Origin: Macrostomum hystrix
Taxonomy: Eukaryota; Animalia; Platyhelminthes
Assembly: GCA_950097015.1 (NCBI GenBank)
Contig: CATNEN010000010.1
Location: forward strand, 2,728,001 to 2,792,000
Direction: 5' to 3'
DNA: 64,000 bases
The notes under the pieces are model-generated. The model searched no databases, was not told the DNA's origin, and was given only the letters and a program-made list of their open reading frames with translations. Each line of letters starts with the position of its first letter. The stretch's first letter is position 1. Both the position numbers and the translations under genes were made by a program. Of the stretch, positions 12,701 through 22,493 are shown in pieces.

Positions 12701-15700
12701 TATATATTCGTATGTCCGTATCGCCTATTGTTCTGTGCCTAAACGTTGTCTACCTTTAATTTGTGCCAACTAGGCTATTTTTCTTATCAATCTTTACTCA
12801 CAATTTGATAATTTTACTTCTTTACTACATTTTCATCTGCACGGAAAAGTCTAATTTGCATGGCAGTCTTTTACTATCGATTCATTTGCGTCAGTGTCTG
12901 TGTTTATCACACGTTGAATTTGTGTTGTCAGTGACCTGTTTTTAGCCATCCTAAATTTTAATTGTACATCGGCACAACTGCACTTGGTTTTATCGTGTAG
13001 AACTAGTTCTAGAAAAATAGCATTTTCTCGCCAACCCATACTATGTACATTCGAATGTACTCACTGTTCATTGCTCCAGCCAATCAGCGACGGCCAGCCA
13101 GGCGAGAAAGTATAGAAAATTCCGAACCTTTCTTTCTCACCCTTTTCCACCCGGTGCCCCATCCCACTTGTGTCCAGACCAATCAGGATTTAAACCCCAA
13201 AACTGAAACAATTCAGTAGGACTCCGACAGCCAATTGCTTTGTCAATAAAATGGCGCTTGCGGCTACAGCCGAACACGAAGACGAGGACCTGTTCGCCCA
13301 CCTGTCGGTGGAGAGTCTGAAGCATTTTCAACCGTCGTCAGTGTCCGATCTGACATTGGAAGCCGCTGATGACCACTCTGGTCTGTCCGGCGCATATCCG
13401 GCTGCTATCCGCGGCTTTCACCTGGCGCTGCTGGACCACTGCCAGGCTCTGCGCCAGAACCTCCACCAGGCTGCTGATGCCCCACCCGACTCCGAGCTCC
13501 TGGCCGTCCTGGCTTGGTTCGCCGCCTCGCCGGTATTTCGCCGCCTAGCAGATGGCCTCTCAAGGGGTCTGCGCTTCCGCCAGCGGGCCCGGCTCTGCCG
13601 CCTGCTCGAATCAGTGGCCTCGGTGAGCCCCGGTGCCGCTGTCATCGCCACCCGGCTTGCTGACGGCTGCCTGCTCAGAGCCAGAGCCCGCCTGCTGCGC
13701 CTACTTCTGTCTGGCGCTGAGCCGCGGCTGCTGGCGCCCTGTCTGGCGCGCTGTCGATTCCTGCTTCGCCGCACCGGCCAGCCGCAGCAGCAGCGCCTCC
13801 TGCTGCCGCACTGCCGCCTGCCCGATGACCCCCGCTATCGCCCGGCCTGGCGCGACTGCCTCCTTCGACACCTTCTGGTCGCCTGCGTGGGGTCCACTTC
13901 GACTTCACCGACTTCAGACGACGCCACTCTGCATTGTCAGTTGTCGCCTCGCCTGTCCGCTCGCTGCCTCCTGGTCGCCGGTTCGTTGGCAAGGAGCTGC
14001 CGCAGTGGCGCCGTCACCGGCATCCTGCTGGGTCTAGTCGGCTCCGGCCGCGATGGAGCTCCAAACAGCCCGGCTCTCCTTCAGTGCCGCCTTCGCCTGC
14101 TGGCCGAGCTGGCCGCTGTTCAGCCCGGCCTCCTGGCAGCTGCGGCCGACCGCCTCTCGGCCGTCGCCAAGCGCCGCCTTCGACATCGCCTGGCAGCCCT
14201 GATTGCCATGTCTTCGGCTGGAACTGCTTCGCTTCCGCCACCGCCACCTCCGACGCTGCTGCTGCTGCTTTTCTCAACCTGCCGCCCGTCCGCTGCCTGG
14301 CTTTCACGCCGGCTCTGCTCCGCCCAGCGGCTCCTTCGCCAGCTGGCCGGCCAGCCGCTGTCCGAGGAGCCGGGACTGGCGGCTCGGCTCGCTGATGTCG
14401 CCTGCCGCCGGCTTCAAAGGCGCTGCCTGACTCCGGTGCTGGACGAGCTCGAGCCTCTGCGGACTGGCGGCAGCAGAATCGACGCCGCGCACCGCTGCAT
14501 CGCCAACCTGCTGGCTGCGCTGACGAATCTCAGCGACCCCGCGAACTCCGCTAACAGCGTCCAGCTGGCCACTTGGGGTCTGGACTGCGTGAGCCGAGCC
14601 GCCTGGCTGCTGGGCCTCTGAGCCGCCTGGCTGCTGGGCCTCTGAGCCGCCTGGCTGCTGGGCCTCTGAGCTGCCTGGCTGCTGGGCCTCAAAGCCACCG
14701 TCTTTGCACTTGTCCTTCTTGCATCATTCTGTATTCAGTAGTTTTAATTATTCCATTATTCGCAATGTTCTTTTTTAGGAATGTTTTAATTTAGCTTCTG
14801 TGTCAGCAGTGAATTGTTTCTAGTAACACAGAATATGTCAAATATACTGGTATAAAATATACTTTGTCGAATCAGCCATTGAAAACACAAGGGCTCTCCC
14901 TAATCATCAAGTACTTTTAGAATCATTTTTCTTTCGTGTGCGTTGCATCAGATTGAATTATCAACTCTGGGATAACCTGCAGTGCAAGCAGTTTTTTCCT
15001 CTCTAAAATATCACAATCGGCTTTCTTTCTTTCCTAAACACCAAACAGTTTCTGTTTCAAATTAAGATGGGCTTTTTACGTTGTCTCGAGTCTTCGCCGA
15101 TAGACGTTAACTTTTTTTAGAAACCTCCATAAGCATCTGCAATGCCTCACAACCTACCCTAGCAACAAAGCCTCACAATTTCAATTACCATAGCAACCAA
15201 GCCTTACGATTACACTTACCGTAGCAAACAAGCCCTAAGATTACAATCACCCTAGCAACCAAGCCTTTCGTTTTCAATCACCCTAGCAACCAAGCCTTTC
15301 GTTTACAATCACCCTAGCCACCGAGCCTTACAATTTAAATTACCCTAGATACCAAGCCTCGCGATCTACCCTAGCAACCTAGCCCTACAATCTACCCTAG
15401 CAACCAAGCCTCACAATCTACCCTAGCAACCAAGCCCTACAATCTACCCTAGCAACCAAGCCTCACAATCTACCCTAGCAACCAAGCCTCGCGATCTACC
15501 CTAGCAACCAAGCCTCGCAATCTACCCTAGCAACCAAGCCTCGCGATCTACCCTAGCAACCAAGCCCTACAATCTACCCTAGCAACCAAGCCTCGCGATC
15601 TACCCTAGCAACCAAGCCTCGCGATCTACCCTAGCAACCAAGCCTCGCGATCTACCCTAGCAACCAAGCCCTACAATCTAGCCTAGCAACCAAGCCTCAC

Positions 15701-15993
15701 AATCTACCGTAGCAACCAAGCCTCGCGATCTACCCAGCAACCAAGCCTCATAATCTACCCTAGCAACCAAGCCCTACAATCTACCCTAGCAACCAAGCCT
15801 CACAATCTACCGTAGCAACCAAGCTCACAAACTCTCTAATCACCGAATCCCACAGGACCGAATTGCGGGCAGCAAGTCGGCGCAGAATTTCGACGAGGCC
15901 GTCTCCGAGGAGCAGGAGAGGCTGCGCCGTCTGGAAGAGGAGGGCGAAGGCGGAGCCGCCAACAGCGACGTGAAGGGCGCTCCCATTTCGTAA
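3797..15993 (+). CDS. TPD52: Tumor protein D52 family protein (spliced, ~200 aa)
   Basis: Exons 3797-3809 (MYEI, tentative), 5364-5515, 10195-10331, 11465-11627, optional 12637-12648, and 15856-15993, with GT-AG sites and consistent phases. Translation includes REWAQELEK-TEEEIQTLRQVLSSKIRHANDLKRKLGIT and SMRNSNAFKSFEEKVG, typical D52 coiled-coil and C-terminal motifs. Confidence 0.9.
3898..5318. repeat. 71-bp tandem repeat, 20 near-identical copies (TPD52 intron)
   Basis: Unit gttgaagccatcgggcggctcacacatttgcttgagttgctagtctcctgaattagtttcaaattagctca; unit starts at 3898, 3969, 4040 and so on. Confidence 0.97.
5807..9015. repeat. 56-bp tandem repeat, ~57 copies (TPD52 intron)
   Basis: Unit cctaatgtgctgcctggataacacattaacagcctgatgtgtcacatctgcatggt. 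Confidence 0.97.
9761..10025. repeat. ~31-bp minisatellite, ~8 copies
   Basis: Unit ggttgcaatccttgatgtctgatgtcggga(t/a). Confidence 0.9.
10347..10657. repeat. 31-bp G-rich minisatellite, ~10 copies, just after a splice donor
   Basis: Unit ctgagggaagatggctgattgggggcggatc; begins ~15 bp after the donor at 10332. Confidence 0.92.
11228..11411. repeat. 14-bp quasi-palindromic minisatellite, ~13 copies
   Basis: Unit ttcgggaatgacca. Confidence 0.92.
11812..12475. repeat. ~22-bp degenerate minisatellite
   Basis: Unit tggatatgggtgtaatattcaa with variants. Confidence 0.9.
13251..14621 (+). CDS. Intronless 456-aa Leu/Ala/Arg-rich protein of unknown function, nested in the last TPD52 intron
   Basis: Uninterrupted, non-repetitive ORF with aaaATGG start and GC-rich codons like the other exons; composition suggests an alpha-helical protein. 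No family recognised. Confidence 0.75.
   Translation: MALAATAEHEDEDLFAHLSVESLKHFQPSSVSDLTLEAADDHSGLSGAYPAAIRGFHLALLDHCQALRQNLHQAADAPPDSELLAVLAWFAASPVFRRLADGLSRGLRFRQRARLCRLLESVASVSPGAAVIATRLADGCLLRARARLLRLLLSGAEPRLLAPCLARCRFLLRRTGQPQQQRLLLPHCRLPDDPRYRPAWRDCLLRHLLVACVGSTSTSPTSDDATLHCQLSPRLSARCLLVAGSLARSCRSGAVTGILLGLVGSGRDGAPNSPALLQCRLRLLAELAAVQPGLLAAAADRLSAVAKRRLRHRLAALIAMSSAGTASLPPPPPPTLLLLLFSTCRPSAAWLSRRLCSAQRLLRQLAGQPLSEEPGLAARLADVACRRLQRRCLTPVLDELEPLRTGGSRIDAAHRCIANLLAALTNLSDPANSANSVQLATWGLDCVSRAAWLLGL
14590..14690 (+). repeat. 24-bp tandem repeat (~4 copies) made from the last codons and stop of the nested ORF
   Basis: Unit gagccgcctggctgctgggcctct; each junction recreates CTC TGA. Confidence 0.85.
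15150..15826. repeat. ~26-bp minisatellite with a degenerate 5' part
   Basis: Unit ctaccctagcaaccaagcctcacaat; ends ~30 bp before the acceptor at 15855. Confidence 0.9.
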
Positions 15994-16571
15994 GAATGCG
16001 GCGTCGTTGTTGATCGGTTGCTATTGGCAGCCTAGCAGAAGGTGAAAGCAAGCAGACTCTGACTCGGTGTATCGGTAACAAATTCCACCCATTGAATCAA
16101 ACTGGGTTGTTAATGAGTCGGAAAAGAAATCCCTCTTCAACTATCGAGGGCCCCAGTCCCCGCGCCCACTGATGCTTTTTGTTTCTTCCCGTTCCTTCCG
16201 CGACCCTCTGTACTTGTTGCTGTGGCAGGTCAAAGGCCTGTATTTTCACTGGATGTCAGTTCCTGTTCTCCGTGTCTTATTGTGTCAGTGCTTGTTTGTT
16301 TTAAGGCTGTAGAGCAAATTTCAGCCTAGCTTATACTGAGTGCGGCACTGTTATTCCGTGTTGTTTGAATGTCTCGCATTAATTGTTATTTAGAACGAAT
16401 ATTACAATACAATTTGTACCTAAGGTATTTCTGTCTAACTGTTTTCTCCGTTTATGAATTATTCCGACTCAACCTTTCCATTATCATTTCTCTGCTAAAT
16501 TCCTTATCTGCGTTGTCAAGTGATCACTTGCTGCTGTGCCGCTACTTCGGTCTGTTCCGATTCTGCTTGTG

Positions 16572-16805
16572 TCCTCTGTCCTCTTCCCACCCTCCGCTTG
16601 TGTCCTCTGTCCTCTTCCCACCCTCCGCTTGTGTCCTCTGTCCACTTCCCACCCTCCGCTTGTGTCCTCTGTCCTCTTCCCACCCTCCGCTTGTGTCCTC
16701 TGTCCACTTCCCACCCTCCGCTTGTGTCCTCTGTCCACTTCCCACCCTCCGCTTGTGTCCTCTGTCCACTTCCCACCATCCGCTTGTGTCCTCTGTCCAC
16801 TTCCC
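16572..16805. repeat. 31-bp pyrimidine-rich minisatellite, ~7 copies, downstream of the TPD52 stop
   Basis: Unit ccaccctccgcttgtgtcctctgtcc(t/a)cttc. Confidence 0.9.
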
Positions 16806-17215
16806 AGCCTCGCCTTCTGATCTGCAAAGTTTGTTTTCAGTTCTCACGTTGCTATCTGTGTGCTGTATACCAAATGTTATAATAATTTTTTTGCACTGAA
16901 TAAATGTTGTTTGAAATGGTGGCTGCCATGCTGCCAGAGAGTGGGATTTCTGTCTGTGATGCTCTGATTTCTCCTTCATTATATTTATTTTTTATTCTAT
17001 TATTAATCATAAAATCTATATTATTACTGTTGCACAGTGCTTCGCAGATATCTAGGTTTCCTTGTTATGCATTAAAATACGATTACAAATATAATATGCC
17101 TTATTTTATTTGTGTTCGTGCGAATCACCGACTGTCAGTGTCCGGCTTGTCCGTTCCCAGCACCACTGATTGTTTAACTCGCTGATTGCTCTGATTATAA
17201 TTTTGCATTTATGCC

Positions 17216-17962
17216 ATGCCATCCACTGACCTTGCCCTCCAATCCCCATCCACTGACCTTGCCCTCCAATCCCCATCCACTGACCTTGCCCTCCAATCCC
17301 CATCCACTGACCTTGCCCTCCAATCCCCATCCACTGACCTTGCCCTCCAATCCCCATCCACTGACCTTGCCCTCCAATCCCCATCCACTGACCTTGCCCT
17401 CCAATCCCCATCCACTGACCTTGCCCTCCAATCCCCATCTACTGACCTTGCCCTCCAATCCCAATCCACTGACCTTGCCCTCCAATCCCCATCCACTGAC
17501 CTTGCCCTCCAATCACCATTCACTGCCCATCCCCTCCAATCACCATCCACTAAACATCCCCTCCAATCACCATCCACTGAACATCCCCTCCAATCACCAT
17601 CCACTGACCATCCCCTCCAATCACCATCCACTGACCATCCCCTCCAATCACCATCCACTGCCCCTCCCCTCCAATCACCATCCACTGTCCATCCCCTCCA
17701 ATCACCATCCACTGAGCATCCCCTCCAATCACCATCCACTGCCCCTCCCCTCCAATCACCATCCACTGACCATCCCCTCCAATCACCATCCACTGCCCCT
17801 CCCCTCCAATCACCATCCACTGTCCATCCCCTCCAATCACCATCCACTGAGCATCCCCTCCAATCACCATCCACTGCCCCTCCCCTCCAATCACCATCCA
17901 CTGACCATCCCCTCCAATCACCATCCACTGAGCATCCCCTCCAATCACCATCCACTGACCAT
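17216..17962. repeat. 27-bp C-rich minisatellite with two sub-domains, ~27 copies
   Basis: catccactgaccttgccctccaatccc switches to catccactgaccatcccctccaatcac near 17510. Confidence 0.92.
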
Positions 17963-18714
17963 TACTCAAATTTTCTTATCATCGCTCTAGTGTAATTGAT
18001 TATTCTAAAAGTACTTTGAATTGTGCAAATGTGGCAATGTACTTTTAACAGAGCCAAATAATCTATTTAAGAAGCATAGAGTTTTTGCATTCAGCGCATG
18101 GTTAGAGTAGCACAATGCCAGAGCAGGCAATGCTAGCAAATACTTGAGTAATGCGGTATCACAAGAGAAGCATCAATGAAGGAGGCAAAGCTGTTTCGCC
18201 AAGTTGTTGCTTCAGAAAACTTCTGCTCCGCGTGAAGGCATGGCAGCGCTGCGCATTGTCCGAACCAACTGCTCTAATTCTAGACTGGTCTAACCTTTGC
18301 TATCGATTCTCTCGAAAATCTAAAATCCCTGTTCAACAAGAGCTTCATATTTTCATCCTCGAATTAATCATTCCCATGAGGTCTCAAATTCCCTTGTTTT
18401 GTTTTTCAAAGATCGATACTTTTCAGCTCTCTGGCAGCCGCACCAGTATGAGAAGCGTTGAAACTTGCATGTTTTATCCCGACCCAACGGCAACACAACC
18501 CGCTAGGATTAAGTTTCGGCTTGCGAGATACACAGAAATCAATTTTCTAAAGCCTAGTTAAACTTTCAAGTTTCACATCGGGTCAGCGAAAGTACTTTCC
18601 TTCAGGAATCTGAATTAAGTACGTGTTTTATACGAATGTAGTTTCCACAGAATAAAACGACCAAATATATATATAGTTATAACTCCGCTGCTGTACATGC
18701 TGCAGCATAAAACC

Positions 18715-18927
18715 TATCACTGCCTCACTTTATAACTCACTATTTGCCTCACTTTGACATCCACTCGCTACCCCACTTTATCACTTACTCGCTGCCTCAC
18801 TTTATCACTCACTCGCTACCTCACTTTATCACTCACTCGCTACCTCACTTTATCATTCACTCGCTACCTCACTTTATCATTCACTCGCTACCTCACTTTA
18901 TCACTCACTCGCTACCTCACTTTATCA
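18715..18927. repeat. 24-bp minisatellite
   Basis: Unit cactcgctacctcactttatcact. Confidence 0.85.
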
Positions 18928-18963
18928 ATCGCAACCTCAACACCGCCGCCGCGGCCGCTTCAC

Positions 18964-19437
18964 TCACCTGGAATTCCCAATGGTTGGCAGCTGCAGCCGT
19001 GCGTTGGACGCCGCACGACGTTCGCGTCCGTCTGTGACGTTACCGGCTTCGCCTTCACCGCCGCAGTCGATCGCCACCTCCAGCGGAAGTGTAAAACTCT
19101 TTAGCCATACTCGACCGCTCCCAGCGCCCGCTGCGACACTTGGCGAGCTGGACGACGAAACCGACTGCCTCTGTCGCCAGAGCCGGCGCTCCGCCTGGCA
19201 GTCGCGGAGGCGGCAGAGCAGAGCGCCCAGTCCTATGAGGGCCAGCATTGCCAGCAGGCACAGGGCGGTCCTGGCGCCATCCCAGGGGTCATAGTCCAGC
19301 TGCTCCACTCTGGACTTGACGCTGTCGCTGCGGTAGAATCGGCTCAGTTCGTCGTAGGAGATCAGGCGCCTCTCGAAGTAGGCCTCCGCGGCCGCTGCTG
19401 CCGCTGGATCGCCGCCGCTATTGTTCAGAGGAGACAT
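18964..19437 (-). CDS. Small single-pass membrane protein (157 aa, possibly spliced at its 3' end)
   Basis: GC-rich ORF: N-terminal segment (EQLDYDPWDGARTA), one hydrophobic helix LCLLAMLALIGLGALLC, basic/Ser-rich tail. A strong donor CAG|GTGAGT at 18968 overlaps the stop. Confidence 0.65.
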   Translation of the reverse strand: MSPLNNSGGDPAAAAAAEAYFERRLISYDELSRFYRSDSVKSRVEQLDYDPWDGARTALCLLAMLALIGLGALLCRLRDCQAERRLWRQRQSVSSSSSPSVAAGAGSGRVWLKSFTLPLEVAIDCGGEGEAGNVTDGRERRAASNARLQLPTIGNSR

Positions 19438-19904
19438 GCGCCTTGCCCTGTTCTAATAGCTGATGACGGCATATTTTATTCTGCCAGCCTCTCAAACCTT
19501 CGTTGGATAGAGGGTTAACAGGAAGAGGTTGCGGGCTGTTGTGATTGGCCAACCAGGCAGAATTAAAATAGACCGAGCAGAACTGCCGCAGCTGCTCCGA
19601 GACAGCTTTTTGAGTAGAGGATGGAGGGGTAGAGAAGCAGCAGCTGACTGGGGAGGGCTGGGCAGGAGAGGAGAGAGCTGTAACAGATGTATATTCTTCG
19701 CCGTACGAGTTGCTTTTTCAGCAGTCAATATTCACTCCACAGATTTTGAGTAGCTTGAGTAGGAAAAATAGGATAAAATTCTATACCCTCAATAGAGGAT
19801 GCCAGTTTCCGTGTGCTGATTGTTAGCTCGTTACAAGGATTTTGGGGGAAGACACAATTGATTTGGAGGGCATTATCATAAATTTGGAGGCATTATCGAT
19901 TTGG

Positions 19905-20862
19905 GGGAGCGCACCATGTGGATGTGTGGGAGCGCACCATGTGGATGTGGGGGAGCGCACCATGTGAATGTGTGGGAGCGCACCAAGTGGATGTGGGGGA
20001 GCGCACCAAGTGGATGTGGGGGAGCTCACCATGTGGATGTGGGGAAGCTCACCATGTGGATGTGGGGGAGCTCACCATGTGGATGTGGGGGAGCTCACCA
20101 TGTGGATGTAGGGGAGCGCACCATGTGGATGTGGGGGAGCGCACCATGTGGATGTAGGGGAGCGCACCATGTGGATGTAGGGGAGCGCACCATGTGGATG
20201 TGGGGGAGCGCACCATGTGGATGTAGGGGAGCGCACCATGTGGATGTAGGGGAGCGCACCATGTGGATGTGGGGGAGCGCACCATGTGGATGTAGGGGAG
20301 CGCACCATGTGGATGTGGGGGAGCGCACCATGTGGATGTGGGGGAGCGCACCATGTGGATGTAGGGGAGCGCACCATGTGGATGTGGGGGAGCGCACCAT
20401 GTGGATGTAGGGGAGCGCACCATGTGGATGTAGGGGAGCTCACCATGTGGATGTAGGGGAGCGCACCATGTGGATGTGGGGGAGCGCACCAAGTGGATGT
20501 GGGGGAGCGCACCATGTGAATGTGTGAGAGCGCACCAACTGGATGTGGGGGAGCGCACCAAAAGTGGATGTGGGGGAGCGCACCATGTGGATGTGGGGGA
20601 GCGCACCATGTGGATGTGGGGGAGCGCACCATGTGGATGTAGGGGAGCGCACCATGTGGATGTAGGGGAGCGCACCATGTGGATGTGGGGGAGCGCACCA
20701 TGTGGATGTGGGGGAGCGCACCATGTGGATGTAGGGGAGCGCACCATGTGGATGTGGGGGAGCGCACCATGTGGATGTGGGGGAGCGCACCATGTGGATG
20801 TGGGGGAGCGCACCATGTGGATGTAGGGGAGCGCACCATGTGGATGTAGGGGAGCGCACCAC
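19905..20862. repeat. 23-bp G-rich minisatellite, ~41 copies
   Basis: Unit ggggagcgcaccatgtggatgt(g/a). Confidence 0.95.
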
Positions 20863-22493
20863 ATTTCTATAGCTGAGGTCGCTCTGAATGGCATCAGATA
20901 TTCTTTTAACTGGCCGTGTTCGGCAATGGATTATCAGGCAAGGTCGCGGCTCTGACCTGAGTGCGTGAACTCAGAGCAAGGTTCCAAATGGAGCTCGCAC
21001 TCTTACTCCCACGAGTCCCATATGAGCATTGGGGGCCTCAGTATCCATGCGAATCCGCTGCACCTCCTTCTCTGCCTCTCTTACTGCATCACTGCACTTT
21101 GCTATGCAGGCACTGTGTTGAATTATTCAGATAAAAACTGTCAATTACAGGTCTACCATCCGCTGCGCACGGAGCTCTTGCCAATTTCGCTTTCACAATG
21201 CGCACTACAAGGCCTGGGGTGACCGCGGACCTGGCAGCCACACATAAATGGGCCGGGCCTACCTCGGCTGGAACATTATTTTGGCTAATGCGGGTTTGTT
21301 TTCTGAATGATCGCGACTCGATCCGGCTGTCCTAGACTGCCTGTTGTGGGGAATTAAAGAGATAAAGTCATCCTGCGAGTGTCACACGATCTGGTCTGCA
21401 AGGTAATTTCTAAAATATTCGGCAAGAGCGTTGGCTTATTCCCTAATAATGCGAATCGCAAATGTGGACTGACTTTTCATTAACGTTTCGAGTGCCCTTT
21501 TGTGTATTTTTATCCGAACACTTTGCGGAAAAGAGCTTCGAAGTGCGTCACCCCTGTTTGCTTGAATTAGCTAGGAAAGTATAAATATTAATGCCAGCTT
21601 GAGTTAAACATAACAATTGCATTACAAAAGCGAGTTCCCAAAATGACTACTTCCTGTAAAGTTGAAGTACGTTTAGGTCAGGAAACAAAATTAAAGATTA
21701 CTAAAATTTTACATCACTGGTACAAAATAAGCCGCAGTTTCAGTGGAGAACTTACGGCGCACTGTACAGCAGGTAGAGTTAAATCTTATGGGAGACTTTC
21801 GGGGTGCTGATCGACCAGTCTGCAAATGGGATGGCAACACGAATATGCAATACAATTAGGCACAAAGATTTTAAGACTTCGTTCATAGACAGGGACTACG
21901 AAATTACTCCCTAGTTCTTATCATATTTAGTGTTCTGGGTATTTAGTAGTCCCTGGTTCATAGATTCCGATAATGCATTAAATAGAAGAGAAAAATTCGT
22001 GAAACGGAAAGCGAAATCATTATTACAGAGCGAGTACTTAAAACCATTCATTGAAGCGGTATGAAAAATTATTTCAAAACAAAGAGTAACAAATAGATGT
22101 TACATGGCAAAATGTCGTATTAGGTTAGGCTAACGTCTTAGGTTAACAAAAGTACAAAAAAAACATAAATGAAAATGGCCATATTACAGTATGGTTTAAA
22201 ATTAGACCTGTGAGAGTTAGTTTAAAACCGGTGTAGATAAAAACGCTAGTTGTGAAAGAAGAATGTTTTAGTTCTAGAGGTTAACTAACTGCAAATCAGA
22301 ATAATATATATAATAAATTTTAGAAATAAATATTTGTTTTGAAGCCAGAAAGCTAATTTTAGGTGCTTTTGTTTTATTATGTAAATAGCGCTAATTTAAG
22401 ATGAACTCCGAAATCCTTTTTTTCTACTCGGGTCTAACTTGTCTCTGTAAGCCATATATTATTTTTAATGCAAAAATAAAACCCGACAAAAAG

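Noticed and set aside
13080-13108. Possible extra TPD52 exon (ccag|CCAATC...GAGAA|gtatag)
   Set aside because: 29 nt would shift the frame and the donor is weak; more likely promoter sequence of the nested gene.
13418-14698. Several overlapping alternative-frame and antisense ORFs across the nested gene, and likewise over the PARG, ZnT6, NHE and Periphilin exons
   Set aside because: Expected shadow ORFs of GC-rich coding sequence; no independent motifs.
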